A stretch of DNA of 64,000 nucleotides from an uncultured delta proteobacterium. GTDB lineage: Bacteria; Myxococcota_A; Polyangia; Polyangiales; Polyangiaceae. Position numbers and translations under genes: made by a program. Under the pieces are notes generated by a model. It was given only the letters and a program-made list of their open reading frames with translations, was not told the origin of the DNA and ran no database searches. The stretch is taken from NCBI GenBank assembly GCA_963781505.1, contig CAWAHB010000010.1, forward strand, positions 237,547-301,546, read 5' to 3'. This document shows, in pieces, positions 49,912 to 59,413 of this stretch (the first letter of the stretch is position 1; each line of letters begins with the position of its first letter).

Positions 49912-50466
49912 ATGCAGATGGCTCTCGGCGCGACGATGCATCACGTACAGGTCACGCTTTCCGACGTCGACCGCGGCGTGTACGAGAGTCTCGACTTTCG
50001 AATGGCGCGGCACCCGTCGGAGAGCGTGCGGTTCTTGGTGACGCGCACGCTGGCGTACTGTCTCGCGTTCGAGGAAGGGATCGCGTTCAGCAAGGGGGGA
50101 CTGTCCTCCGCGGAGGAAGCTCCCCTGTCCATCACGGATCGTACGGGAGTGCTGAAAGCGTGGATCGACATCGGCTCACCCAGCGCCGAGCGCTTGCATC
50201 GCGCGAGCAAGGCGGCCGAGCGTGTGCTGCTGTTCACCCACTCGGACCTCGCCCTGCTCAGGAAGGAAGCTCAGAGGAGCACCATTTTCCGGGTCGACGA
50301 GATCGAAGTGTGGCGAGTCGCGCCCGAGTTTCTGGATCGACTCGGCGACACGCTGGAGCGCAATTGGAAGCTCGAGCTCGTACGCAGCGACGGTCGCCTG
50401 TACGTGACCTCTGCGCACTCCACGCTCGATGGAGAAATCCTACGGGAGTCGCTGGGCGAGGCGTAA
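49912..50466 (+). CDS. yaeQ: YaeQ family protein (PD-(D/E)XK-like)
   Basis: MALGATMHHVQVTLSDVDRGVYESLDFRMARHPSESVRFLVTRTLAYCL matches the YaeQ N-terminal pattern. The start could be 49912 or 49918. Confidence 0.75.
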   Translation: MQMALGATMHHVQVTLSDVDRGVYESLDFRMARHPSESVRFLVTRTLAYCLAFEEGIAFSKGGLSSAEEAPLSITDRTGVLKAWIDIGSPSAERLHRASKAAERVLLFTHSDLALLRKEAQRSTIFRVDEIEVWRVAPEFLDRLGDTLERNWKLELVRSDGRLYVTSAHSTLDGEILRESLGEA

Positions 50467-50478
50467 TCGGCGCCGATT
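50465..50478. terminator. 14-nt perfect palindrome AATCGGCGCCGATT between convergent genes (weak terminator candidate)
   Basis: Read directly. It overlaps the yaeQ stop codon and lies 9 nt from the stop of the opposing gene. Confidence 0.2.
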
Positions 50479-50486
50479 CCCGGTGA

Positions 50487-51155
50487 TCACTCGAACTGGC
50501 CACCGAACGACACGGACAGTTGTCGCTCGCTCAGCGCTGCGCTGACGGAGGGCTCGAACTGCTGGACGCGATCCCGGTAGTGCTTGGCACGGGATTGATT
50601 CAGCGTGTCGATCACGAAGAACGGAAGGGCCATCGCGCCCACCCCGATGCCAATGCCTTTCCAGAGGTCCTTGTCTGCGATGAAGCCGTACGTCGCGACC
50701 CCCGCGCCGCCCAGGGTTAGCGCCAGCTCCGTCGCGCGATAGATGACGAATCGCGACGTGGTCCCGTGCATGTGATCGAGCTCTTCGCGTTTGTACGCCG
50801 CAGGGTCGTCCGTCAGCAGGCCCTCGTAGTGGTCGATCTCCGAGTTGACCTGGAATACGTAGAAGACCGCGCCGACGGCCTCCAGCGCTCCCATCGTGAG
50901 CAGCGGCCAGCCCAGGCCTCGCGCGAAGTCGGAGTCCCGCGTGACGAGGTATCCACCGCCCGCGGCTGCGGTCGTTCCGATACCAAGGACCACCCAAGCT
51001 GCCGTCTTTTCGCCACCGTAGTAGGAGCGCAGATCCTCGCGGATATCGCCTTGGGATACCCCCTGAGCGTGGCTCGGCCGTGCCATGAGAAACACGCCAG
51101 CGGCCAGGGCGGTCACGCTGACGAAGCGCCGGACGGCACCGATCTCGCTTTTCAT
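50487..51155 (-). CDS. Hypothetical membrane protein
   Basis: Intact 222 aa with a signal-like N-terminus (VTALAAGVFLMARPSHAQG) and several Gly/Ala-rich hydrophobic spans. No family recognised. Confidence 0.5.
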   Translation of the reverse strand: MKSEIGAVRRFVSVTALAAGVFLMARPSHAQGVSQGDIREDLRSYYGGEKTAAWVVLGIGTTAAAGGGYLVTRDSDFARGLGWPLLTMGALEAVGAVFYVFQVNSEIDHYEGLLTDDPAAYKREELDHMHGTTSRFVIYRATELALTLGGAGVATYGFIADKDLWKGIGIGVGAMALPFFVIDTLNQSRAKHYRDRVQQFEPSVSAALSERQLSVSFGGQFE

Positions 51156-51248
51156 TCGAACGCGATCCTCCGACGGGGACTCTAAAGCGCTCCGCGTTTT
51201 GTGTCTAACCAGCGCGAACCAAGCGTCGACCTCCCCGAAACGGTCGCT

Positions 51249-52064
51249 CTACTCCCCGAGCTGGAAAACTCGGCGTGCGTTTTCCGTCAGAAATAGCCGA
51301 CGTGCTTCGTCGTCCAAACCCAAACTGTCGAGATCCGCGAGAGCCTTGCCAGGCAGAATCATCGGGTAGTTCGAGCCGAAGAGAACCTTCTTTCTGCCGC
51401 CCGCCCGAAGGTAAGCGACGAGCTCGGGTGGGTAACGCTTCGTCGTGTACGCCGAAGTGTCGATGTACACGTTGGGATATTTGCGCGCGAGCGCGATCAT
51501 CTCTTCCGTCCATGGGTAGCCGATGTGACCGGCAACGATCGTGAGCTCGGGAAAGTCGAGAGCCACGTCATCCAGGTACGGAATGGGCCGCCCGGTTTCC
51601 AACGTCCGGAGCGGGCCCGTGTGTCCTACCTGCGTACAGAACGGGATCCCGAGCTCGATGCATTCGACGTAGAGCGGATAGTAGCGGCGGTCGTTTGGAG
51701 GAAGCCCCCAGAGCCAGGGCAGAACACGCAACGCCTTCATTCCGAGCTCCTTCACCGCCCGGCGAAGCTCGCCGACCGCGCGCATGGGGCGCGCCAGATC
51801 GACGGCGGCTACTCCAACGAAGCGGCTGGGATGTGCGCGCACGTGGGCAGCGACTTCATCGTTGTCGATGAGCGGCCCTTGGGGGCCGTGCCAGGCAGAG
51901 AGAAGCCCCACCTCGATCCCAGCGGCGTCCATGGCGCCCAAGGTGATCTCGATGGGCAGAGGCCCGGAAGGAAGCTCTTGGCCCGTCCAGCGACGGAGGG
52001 ACTCGAACATCTCGTCGCCCCAGAAACGCGGAGTGGGATGCTGCATCCACGCGTCGATCGTCAT
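51249..52064 (-). CDS. Amidohydrolase-2 (ACMSD-like metal-dependent hydrolase) family protein
   Basis: Intact 271 aa: MTIDAWMQHP..., FVGVAAVDL, VLPWLWGLPPNDRRYYPLY, FCTQVGHTG, IVAGHIGYPWTEE and LFGSNYP. Confidence 0.7.
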   Translation of the reverse strand: MTIDAWMQHPTPRFWGDEMFESLRRWTGQELPSGPLPIEITLGAMDAAGIEVGLLSAWHGPQGPLIDNDEVAAHVRAHPSRFVGVAAVDLARPMRAVGELRRAVKELGMKALRVLPWLWGLPPNDRRYYPLYVECIELGIPFCTQVGHTGPLRTLETGRPIPYLDDVALDFPELTIVAGHIGYPWTEEMIALARKYPNVYIDTSAYTTKRYPPELVAYLRAGGRKKVLFGSNYPMILPGKALADLDSLGLDDEARRLFLTENARRVFQLGE

Positions 52065-52083
52065 CTTTGCGACGCTAGCATGC

Positions 52084-52908
52084 TCACCACTCCGATTCGT
52101 CGGGGAGCGGACGACGCGGGACCTCTCCGGCTTCTGCCATGAGCTCGCTCGCGAGCCTCGGCGACGGGCCGGGGCGAAGTCGCACGATGTACGGCGCGAC
52201 CCAGAGCAGCGTGACCCGAAACACCGGGAGCACGACGATGGCCGTGCCGAGCCCCGTCCACACCGCGATGGTTAGCGGGAACGCTCGGGGAGCGAGCTTC
52301 ATCATGCTGAATGCCATCAACACAGCTGCTGTGAACAGACCTGCAGCGACTGCGACGGCTCCGGAAATCGCAAACTGTGCTGGGAACCGCGCGTTCAACA
52401 GCTCGGAAGACCGCAAGCGCACTGCCAGGTGCGCTCGCATCGAGTCCATGGCCACCGGTCGGACGCCCGCTTCTCGTTCGCGATCATCGACGCGTTCCTC
52501 GTGACGCCGAACAACGGCCAGAAGCTCCCCATCCACGGCTTCGATCTCGTGGAGATCGGCCGGGTGAGCTCTCATGCCGGGTGCCATGACTCGCCACACC
52601 GCCTTCGAGGGACGCAGCATGGTCCTGAGAACGGCCCCATCCTCGAACAGAGTGACGAGCTCCAAGCTCGGGTTTCGAGATCCAAGGACGGCTTGGCTGC
52701 GGTTGTCTGGGCTCACCCGCACTTCGTGCACGAGATGGGCCTTTCCGCGACGGTACCAAGCATGAACGTAGCCGACGGCCTGAAAACCAAGCTCGGCTAC
52801 GCCCCTTCGGACCTCCCCCGGGACGTTCGCCCAGGCGGGAGCATCCGGATCCGAAGACACGTCGGCGTACTCGAACTTCCACTTCGAAGCTCTCGGTCCT
52901 CGAGCCAC
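52084..52908 (-). CDS. Hypothetical protein with C-terminal TM segments
   Basis: Intact 274-aa ORF with protein-like composition and hydrophobic spans AISGAVAVAAGLFTAAVLMAF and LTIAVWTGLGTAIVVLPVF. No family recognised. Confidence 0.45.
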   Translation of the reverse strand: MARGPRASKWKFEYADVSSDPDAPAWANVPGEVRRGVAELGFQAVGYVHAWYRRGKAHLVHEVRVSPDNRSQAVLGSRNPSLELVTLFEDGAVLRTMLRPSKAVWRVMAPGMRAHPADLHEIEAVDGELLAVVRRHEERVDDREREAGVRPVAMDSMRAHLAVRLRSSELLNARFPAQFAISGAVAVAAGLFTAAVLMAFSMMKLAPRAFPLTIAVWTGLGTAIVVLPVFRVTLLWVAPYIVRLRPGPSPRLASELMAEAGEVPRRPLPDESEW

Positions 52909-52981
52909 CGTGTTCAGTCTACTCGAAGGGCGGCCGAATAGTCCGGCGACAGTGGCTTGTCCGGACTATGCTTGCGGTCGG

Positions 52982-54388
52982 GTGACGCGCATCGCACGGC
53001 GGCTGTTCGTGTTGGGTTTCGCGCTCGCGAGCGCAGCATGCTCGGGCGGGACGGACGGCGAAGATCTCGGCGAGATCGAGCAGAACCTCAAGCCCGCCTG
53101 CCCGCCGGCGGAAACCGTGCTCGGCATCGACATCGCGAGCTACCAGCATCCGGGCGCTGCGGCGATCGACTGGACCACGGTCGCCGCAAACCGTCGCTTC
53201 GTGATCATCAAGGCCACTGAAGACACCGGGTACGTGAACCCGTACTACGCGGACGACTCACAGAAGGCGCGCGCCGCCGGAATGATCGTCGGTGCGTATC
53301 ACTATCTCGGCTACACGACGAGCGGAGCGGCGCAGGCTCAGCATTTCTTGTCCGCCATCGGGGGCAACGTGGTCGACGGTGACTTCGCACCCATGCTCGA
53401 CGTGGAAAACTCGGTAGACTCTGCGACCCAGAGCCAGCGGGTCAGCATCATGAAGGAGTGGCTCGACACGGTGGAGCAAGCCACCGGGCGCACTCCGATG
53501 ATCTACAGCGGGAGCTGGTACTGGGGCCCGTACCTCGGGTCGCCCAGCGGCTACGGCGGCGTGTATCCCATGGTGTGGGCGGCGTATGTGAGCGGATGCC
53601 CACAGATCCCGGACGACTTTCCAGACATCGCCATCTGGCAATATCTGGGAGGGGATGAAACCACGCCGGGGATCAACGCCGCCTGCGACCAGGACCGCTT
53701 CTACGGAAATGAGTCGGACCTTTTGGCACTCGCCGGATCGAAACCGGATTTTCGTGGCGAGCCCATCGGTGCTGCCGGGCAAAGCTATCCGATCGTGGCC
53801 GACGGCGCGGTCACGGTCGAAGTCGGACAGACCGTGACCGGGTGGGTGAAGCTCGAGAACACGGGAACGCAAAGCTGGGAGCCCGGCGTGGTCTTTCTCG
53901 CACCGATCCCGCGGGATCAACCGAGCCCGTTCCAGAGCCCCAGCTGGGCCTCGGATCATCGCATCTCGACACCAACCGCTGCTGTCGCACCGGGCGAAGT
54001 GGGACAGTTCGAGCTCGACATCACCGGCTCGGAAATCGGCGATTCCATCCTGAGCTTGGGTTGGGTTGCCGATGGCATCACGTGGTTCGCCGATCCTCCC
54101 AAAGGCGGTGGGCCAACGGACGGGTACTTCGCCGTGCGGGTGAAGGTGGTGGCGGAGAGCGCGAGCGGTGGCGCTTCCGGGATGGGCGGCTCGGCCGGAG
54201 GCGTGGGGACGGGCGGAGCCGCGCAACAAACGACTCTGGTCTCCGATGACTCAGGTTGCAGTTGCCGCACATCTCCGCGCCCATTTCCGCCGAGCGCGTG
54301 GTGGTTGGGATTCTTGCTCTTCTTCGGGCTTTCTCGCCGAGCTGGAGCTCGACACAGCGCAATTGTGTTGCGACCACGGAGGCAGTAA
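52982..54388 (+). CDS. GH25 lysozyme (muramidase) lipoprotein with Ig-like (NBR1-like) domain and MYXO-CTERM-like tail
   Basis: Lipobox FALASAACSG (GTG start chosen; the ORF opens at 52910). GIDIASYQHPGAAAIDW, FVIIKATEDTGY, GAYHYL and PMLDVENS (GH25 D-x-E). C-terminal SGCSCRTSP...WWLGFLLFFGLSRR. Confidence 0.8.
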   Translation: MTRIARRLFVLGFALASAACSGGTDGEDLGEIEQNLKPACPPAETVLGIDIASYQHPGAAAIDWTTVAANRRFVIIKATEDTGYVNPYYADDSQKARAAGMIVGAYHYLGYTTSGAAQAQHFLSAIGGNVVDGDFAPMLDVENSVDSATQSQRVSIMKEWLDTVEQATGRTPMIYSGSWYWGPYLGSPSGYGGVYPMVWAAYVSGCPQIPDDFPDIAIWQYLGGDETTPGINAACDQDRFYGNESDLLALAGSKPDFRGEPIGAAGQSYPIVADGAVTVEVGQTVTGWVKLENTGTQSWEPGVVFLAPIPRDQPSPFQSPSWASDHRISTPTAAVAPGEVGQFELDITGSEIGDSILSLGWVADGITWFADPPKGGGPTDGYFAVRVKVVAESASGGASGMGGSAGGVGTGGAAQQTTLVSDDSGCSCRTSPRPFPPSAWWLGFLLFFGLSRRAGARHSAIVLRPRRQ

Positions 54389-54397
54389 GCCGCTTTA

Positions 54398-55366
54398 GTG
54401 CTCGCCGACGTCGCTCTCCTGCTCGTGGGCTCTCTCTGCTTGTACCTGGGAGCTGAGTGGTTGGTGAAAGGTGCGGCCGGGCTCGCGCGCGCCATGGGCG
54501 TGACGCCGCTCGCTGTCGGGCTGACTGTCGTCGCCTACGGCACCTCGGCTCCGGAGCTCGTCGTCAGCACCGTCGCGGCCCACGCGGGACAGACCGACAT
54601 CGCCCTCGGCAACGTCATCGGATCCAACATCGCAAACCTCGGGCTGATCTTGGGCATCACGGCCCTGATCTCTCCCCCTCACGTCGGCCCGACGATTTGG
54701 CGGCGCGAGCTCCCCATCGCGCTCGGCGCGATGCTCGCGATCCCGCTCCTCTTGCTCGACGGTGGGATCAGCCGAACCGAAGGCGTGGTGCTCCTCGGCG
54801 GTGCGCTCTCTTTCACCCTCGCCGCTCTGCATTGGTCCGGGCGGGATCGCGCGGCCGAGCCCATCGAGGAGCGACCGAGCGATAGCGTTCGGGTGGAAAT
54901 CGATCCCGTCCTGTCCGATAGCAGAGCCAAGCTCGGGGCCTTTGCCGTGCTGGGTCTGGCGGCGCTGGTCATCGGAGGCAAGGTGTTCGTGACGGGCGCC
55001 GTTGGAATGGCATCTCGCCTCGGGATGAGCGAGCGGGTCATCGGCCTCACTGTGGTCGCCGTCGGCACGTCATTGCCAGAGCTGGCCGCGTCGCTCGTGG
55101 CGGCGCTCCGAGGTCACTCCGAGATCGCAGTGGGAAACGTGCTCGGCTCGAACATCTTCAACGTGCTCTTGATCCTCGGTGCCACGGCTCTCGTTCACCC
55201 AATTGCGGCCAGCCTGAGCTCGGTACGCATCGACCTCTCCGCGCTCGGGATCTTGACGGTCGTCTCGGTGTACAGCATGCGAACGAAACGCCGGATCAGC
55301 CGACCGGAGGGCGTCGTGTTTCTGGTGCTCTACGCGGCCTTCGTGTTGTTCGTGCTCGTGCACTGA
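54398..55366 (+). CDS. Ca2+/cation antiporter (CaCA family, YrbG-like)
   Basis: Intact 322 aa, multi-TM, with two alpha-repeats: AYGTSAPELVVS and AVGTSLPELAAS. Confidence 0.85.
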   Translation: MLADVALLLVGSLCLYLGAEWLVKGAAGLARAMGVTPLAVGLTVVAYGTSAPELVVSTVAAHAGQTDIALGNVIGSNIANLGLILGITALISPPHVGPTIWRRELPIALGAMLAIPLLLLDGGISRTEGVVLLGGALSFTLAALHWSGRDRAAEPIEERPSDSVRVEIDPVLSDSRAKLGAFAVLGLAALVIGGKVFVTGAVGMASRLGMSERVIGLTVVAVGTSLPELAASLVAALRGHSEIAVGNVLGSNIFNVLLILGATALVHPIAASLSSVRIDLSALGILTVVSVYSMRTKRRISRPEGVVFLVLYAAFVLFVLVH

Positions 55367-55467
55367 CGCAATCGTTTCGCGGCTCGATGTCCACGCCGCA
55401 ATCGGTGCACCCGGCGATCGCAATCTCTCCGGAATTACGAGGCATCAATCTTGCGTAAGGGCAGGCC

Positions 55468-55902
55468 ATGACCAGCGTCGCTGAATTCACTCTCCACGTC
55501 GAACGCCGCGAGGGATACGAGCTCGCCGTTCATTTCGACAAGCCCACCTTCCCCGACCTCGTGCTCGACGAGCCCCCTCCGCTGGGAAAGGACGTTGGCC
55601 CGAACCCAGCTCGGATCCTATCGGCTGCGATTGGCAGCTGCTTGGCCGCGAGCCTGATCTTTTGTCTCGGCCGCGCAAAGATCGGAGTCGGAAAAGTGAC
55701 CGCTGACGTACAAGTCGAGCTGATCAGAAACGAGCGCAAACGCCTGCGCGTCGGCAAGGTGAGAGTGACGCTACACCCCAGCATCGAGGGCGACGCGGAC
55801 GTGACCACTTGCCTCGCGTCATTCGAGGACTTCTGCGTCGTCACTCAGAGTGTGCGCGAGGGGATCGATGTCGAAGTGAGCGTGGAACCGGTCCGCGCCT
55901 GA
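55468..55902 (+). CDS. OsmC/Ohr family protein
   Basis: Intact 144 aa: GPNPARILSAAIGSCLAASL and FEDFCVVTQSV (the paired Cys pattern of the OsmC fold). Confidence 0.75.
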   Translation: MTSVAEFTLHVERREGYELAVHFDKPTFPDLVLDEPPPLGKDVGPNPARILSAAIGSCLAASLIFCLGRAKIGVGKVTADVQVELIRNERKRLRVGKVRVTLHPSIEGDADVTTCLASFEDFCVVTQSVREGIDVEVSVEPVRA

Positions 55903-55908
55903 GCCCGG

Positions 55909-56349
55909 CTACTTGCACTTGCCCAGGCAGGCGTCGCGATCACCCGCGCACTTGGCAGGCGTCGCGCCCGACTTCTTGGCGCCGATCAAGCACGCCGCGT
56001 ACGCGATCTGACAAGACTGAACGCACTTACTCGGCAGCGCGATGCCGGCATCCACAGTGGGTGGCGGAGCTGCCGCATCGACGGTCGTGGTGGTACCCGC
56101 ATCCGTCTTTGCACCAGCGTCCTTGTTGATCTTCACGGTCGCAGTGGACGTGGTCGTTGCCGTCGTGGCGGGCTCCTCGGCCGCAGCCTCCGATGCTCCC
56201 GTGTCAGGCTCCTCGGCAGCAGCTTCGGGAACCGGGGTCTCCTCGGTGGTCGCCGGAGCGGGCTCCTCGTCCTTCTTGAACATTTTGCAGGCGACGAGCG
56301 CGCCGACCAAAACGACGAGACCACCGAATCCAAAACGCTGCTTCATCAT
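55909..56349 (-). CDS. Lipoprotein with acidic Pro/Thr/Ala-rich linker and Cys-rich C-terminus
   Basis: Lipobox VGALVACK, a low-complexity EEPAPATTEETPVPEAAAEEP linker and a C-terminal CVQSCQIAYAACL...KCAGDRDACLGKCK. Confidence 0.55.
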   Translation of the reverse strand: MMKQRFGFGGLVVLVGALVACKMFKKDEEPAPATTEETPVPEAAAEEPDTGASEAAAEEPATTATTTSTATVKINKDAGAKTDAGTTTTVDAAAPPPTVDAGIALPSKCVQSCQIAYAACLIGAKKSGATPAKCAGDRDACLGKCK

Positions 56350-56394
56350 GGCGCGCGACTCTAGCTCGGATCCAAAACCCCGGATGTGAAATCG

Positions 56395-57909
56395 TCAGGG
56401 AGTGAGCTGACCGCGGACGACGAAGGCTCCCGCCCCCGACAGAGTCTGTTGGCCTCCCGCCGGCAACGACTGGCTCGACAGGACAGAGCCGGTCTGCACC
56501 GAGACCACCTCGAGGGCGAGGGGTACGCGCGCTTCGAGCACTACGTCGTCCAAAATGCCCAGTACCAGCAAAAAGAAGTCGTTGCCCTGAGTTGCGGATA
56601 GCGCTTCGACGGCGCCCGCCGTGGGGCCTGCCACGTTCGGCCAGGTCGTGTCGGCAATCAAACCGCCGCCATCCTCGGCGAAGATACGGAATGGCGCCCC
56701 CGAATCCGTGTAGGAGTGCTTCTGCCAAGACGGGAGATCCGCGGGAACGAACGACAGGGATCCGAACGCGTCGCTTCCCGTCATCTCCCAGAGATCCTGA
56801 TCGCCGCGCACGCCGGCGCTCGAATGAAACACGTGCAGCGGAAGCCCCGAGACGTAGGTGGCAACCGCCGCTGACACGAGCTTTTCGGGATCGGATTCCG
56901 TGTTGACGGACGAGCCAAAACCGATGGGCTCGTTGTTGCTCGCGACGGGCAGCGGTGGCGAGCATTGCCAGACCCACCAGGGCTGCCAGACGGGACGCCA
57001 GTGGCCGTCGACCTGCCCGACGTCCCGGTCGAAGTGAATCGTAGCGATGTCTGCGATCGAGCCCGAATACGTCTCCAGGACGCCGCCGCAATCCGCGGAG
57101 GCTGGTGCGGACGCGGCAACGAGAATCGGCGTCTTGCCGTTGAGATATTGGGAGAGATCCCTGAGCTCCGCCAGCCCGGCCGCGCCGTCGAACCCATTTT
57201 GCCAGGACTCGTTCGCAATCTCGAAATGAATGATCTTCTGCTCACGGCCCTGCGACATGGCGACGAAGGTATCCACGAGCGCGTAACGGTCCGCGGTTTG
57301 GGGAATGTTGAACTGCCCGTCGCCGATCAGCGTCCATTCCACCCGGAGACCGTACTTGTCGTAGGCGAGGTCGGTGAATCCAGCGATCACGTCTGCGTAG
57401 TCGGGCCAATGCCAGTCGATTTCACGACCGTCCCAGAAGTCCGCGCCATTGGGATCTCCCACGACGCCGAGAGCCCGCACGTAGTGGAAACCGTGCTGGG
57501 ACAGGTAGTCGAGGTTCTGCTCGAGCCGCGCCCGGTCGTTCTTGTAGCCCCAGGCGGCCCACATCAAAGTGGCGCCGAGCGCATGGAAGCTTCCTTGATC
57601 ATCATGCAGCGAGCTCTGATCGAGGCTGACGATCCCCGAACGTTTCCCACCAGGAGTGCCCGCCACGCCGCCGATGCCGCCAGTGCCGCCCACGCCTCCA
57701 CTGCCCGCTCCACCACCGACACCGCCGGCCCCGCAATCGAAGCACGCGTCGTAACCTTTCCCATCGGATTTGCAGATCTGCACGCCCTGTTGGCCACCCG
57801 CGCAGGGGCACGCCTTTTGCGCACCAGGAATGCAGCTTTGGGTCGCATCGTCAGAGGACGAACAACCCCAGAGCGCGAGCAAGACCCACCCGAAACGTAC
57901 GGCCGACAC
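56395..57909 (-). CDS. Secreted TIM-barrel glycoside hydrolase-like lipoprotein (clan GH-A-like; family not assigned)
   Basis: Lipobox LALWGCSSS, a Cys-rich module and a Gly-rich linker. Then LGATLMWAAWG, FHYVRALGVVG and IHFEIANESWQNG (Asn-Glu acid/base-like), and later SNNEPIG. Intact 504 aa. Confidence 0.45.
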   Translation of the reverse strand: MSAVRFGWVLLALWGCSSSDDATQSCIPGAQKACPCAGGQQGVQICKSDGKGYDACFDCGAGGVGGGAGSGGVGGTGGIGGVAGTPGGKRSGIVSLDQSSLHDDQGSFHALGATLMWAAWGYKNDRARLEQNLDYLSQHGFHYVRALGVVGDPNGADFWDGREIDWHWPDYADVIAGFTDLAYDKYGLRVEWTLIGDGQFNIPQTADRYALVDTFVAMSQGREQKIIHFEIANESWQNGFDGAAGLAELRDLSQYLNGKTPILVAASAPASADCGGVLETYSGSIADIATIHFDRDVGQVDGHWRPVWQPWWVWQCSPPLPVASNNEPIGFGSSVNTESDPEKLVSAAVATYVSGLPLHVFHSSAGVRGDQDLWEMTGSDAFGSLSFVPADLPSWQKHSYTDSGAPFRIFAEDGGGLIADTTWPNVAGPTAGAVEALSATQGNDFFLLVLGILDDVVLEARVPLALEVVSVQTGSVLSSQSLPAGGQQTLSGAGAFVVRGQLTP

Positions 57910-57958
57910 CGACGCATTCTAGCTCAACCCGTCTCCCAGGATCGGTTACCTTCGGCGC

Positions 57959-59412
57959 GTGAAAACGCTGGCTCTGCTGCTCTCGCTGTCGACGTTGCTC
58001 ATCGCCTGCGGCGGCGGGACGACGCCCCCCACGATGGAAGGCCGAAAAGGCATGCTCTCCCGCACGGCCGTCGCTGCGGAGTGCGACCGTGCGTCCAAGG
58101 AGCACCTCCGGCCATTCGTGGTCGAATGGGACGCGACCAATCTCGCGACATTCGAGGCCAAGGCGCGGAGCGGAACGATCTTGGTCCGCTACCAGGGCTG
58201 CAAACTCGAACCACTCTACGAGTGCTCCAATCCGGCGCGCCCCTTCGGTGCCTATGGCACGCCCGACTTCACGAGCGGGACCGTGCAGGGCTTCGACATC
58301 GCCAACGAAGGAGAGCTCTACGCAGAGCTGCCCCTCGGCGCAGTGAAGCTCGCCGGTCGAGTGCAGGCGGGGGAAAAGTTACACCTGAAATACTTCGTCT
58401 CCGGTGTGGCCACGGCGAGCCGAGACAAGCTCTGGCGCGATCAGGTCGATCAGCTTGCAGCGTGCAAGGCTGCGACGCACTTCGTGTGGGCGTACAACCT
58501 CGGCGCGTTCGAGCTCGAGAGCAGCGAGAGTAGCGCCGCATCGGCCGAGGCCAGCGGCCTGGGCGCGGGGGTCGGTGCCAGCCGCAAGAGCTCCGAGTCC
58601 GAGCTCGGTCACGGCGGAACGATCGAGAGTTGTTCCACTCAGGAACAGCTCGCGTGCCGGGTGCCGATTCGGGTCGAGCTTCGGCCGATTGTTACCGGCT
58701 CGGCCCCGGCCGGCTGGCGTCGCCCCCGCTCGTCAACCCGGGCGCCCAGGCCGACGCGAAGGCCCAGATCGAAAGCTCGAGTGCCATCGCGGAGCTCCTC
58801 ACCGACGCTGCCAAAAAGCTGAACGAAAAGAAGGACGGCACCGCATGTCTCGAAAACCTCGCCCGGGCGTTCCAGCTCGATCCGAAGTACCGGGACAACG
58901 CGGTGGTTCGGATGATCCGCCCGCGTTGTCTCATGCGTGCCGGGCGCTGTGACGAAGGCTCCCGCGACATGCGCGACCACTTTGCCGCCGAGGACACTGG
59001 CCATCGCAAGACGGACGAGCAATTGGACGAAGACGTACGCGAATGGGCAAATCGTGAGTGCTCCGCCGCCGAAGCCAAAAATGCTGCCGATCGGTCACTG
59101 CGCATCATGCGTGAGATGGATCAGGCTTTCCCGAAGGACGCGAAGACGTGCGAAGCCCGATTCGACGAGCTCGCCAAAGAACTCCCCGGGCTCGCACGCA
59201 AGGATCGCTTCGAGCGCAATGCATGGAGCCGTGGCATCCGGCAGCTTCCGCGGCTCGTCACGTGCGTGGCCGAGGCGGGAGAGTGCAAGCGAGCATCGGC
59301 ACTCTTCGAGCGGTACTTCGTGATCGACCATCCGACGTTCAAGGACCCGCAAGCGCGAGCGAAGAAGGAATGGCCGACCTACGTGAAGAGGCAGTCGCTG
59401 TCCTGCCCGTGA
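57959..59412 (+). CDS. Hypothetical lipoprotein; one frame break at ~58710
   Basis: Lipobox STLLIACGGG in ORF 57959..58822. The C-terminal helical, Cys-containing half (AELLTDAAKKLNEKKDGTACLENLARAF...) is in ORF 58630..59412. Confidence 0.5.
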
Positions 59413-59413
59413 C

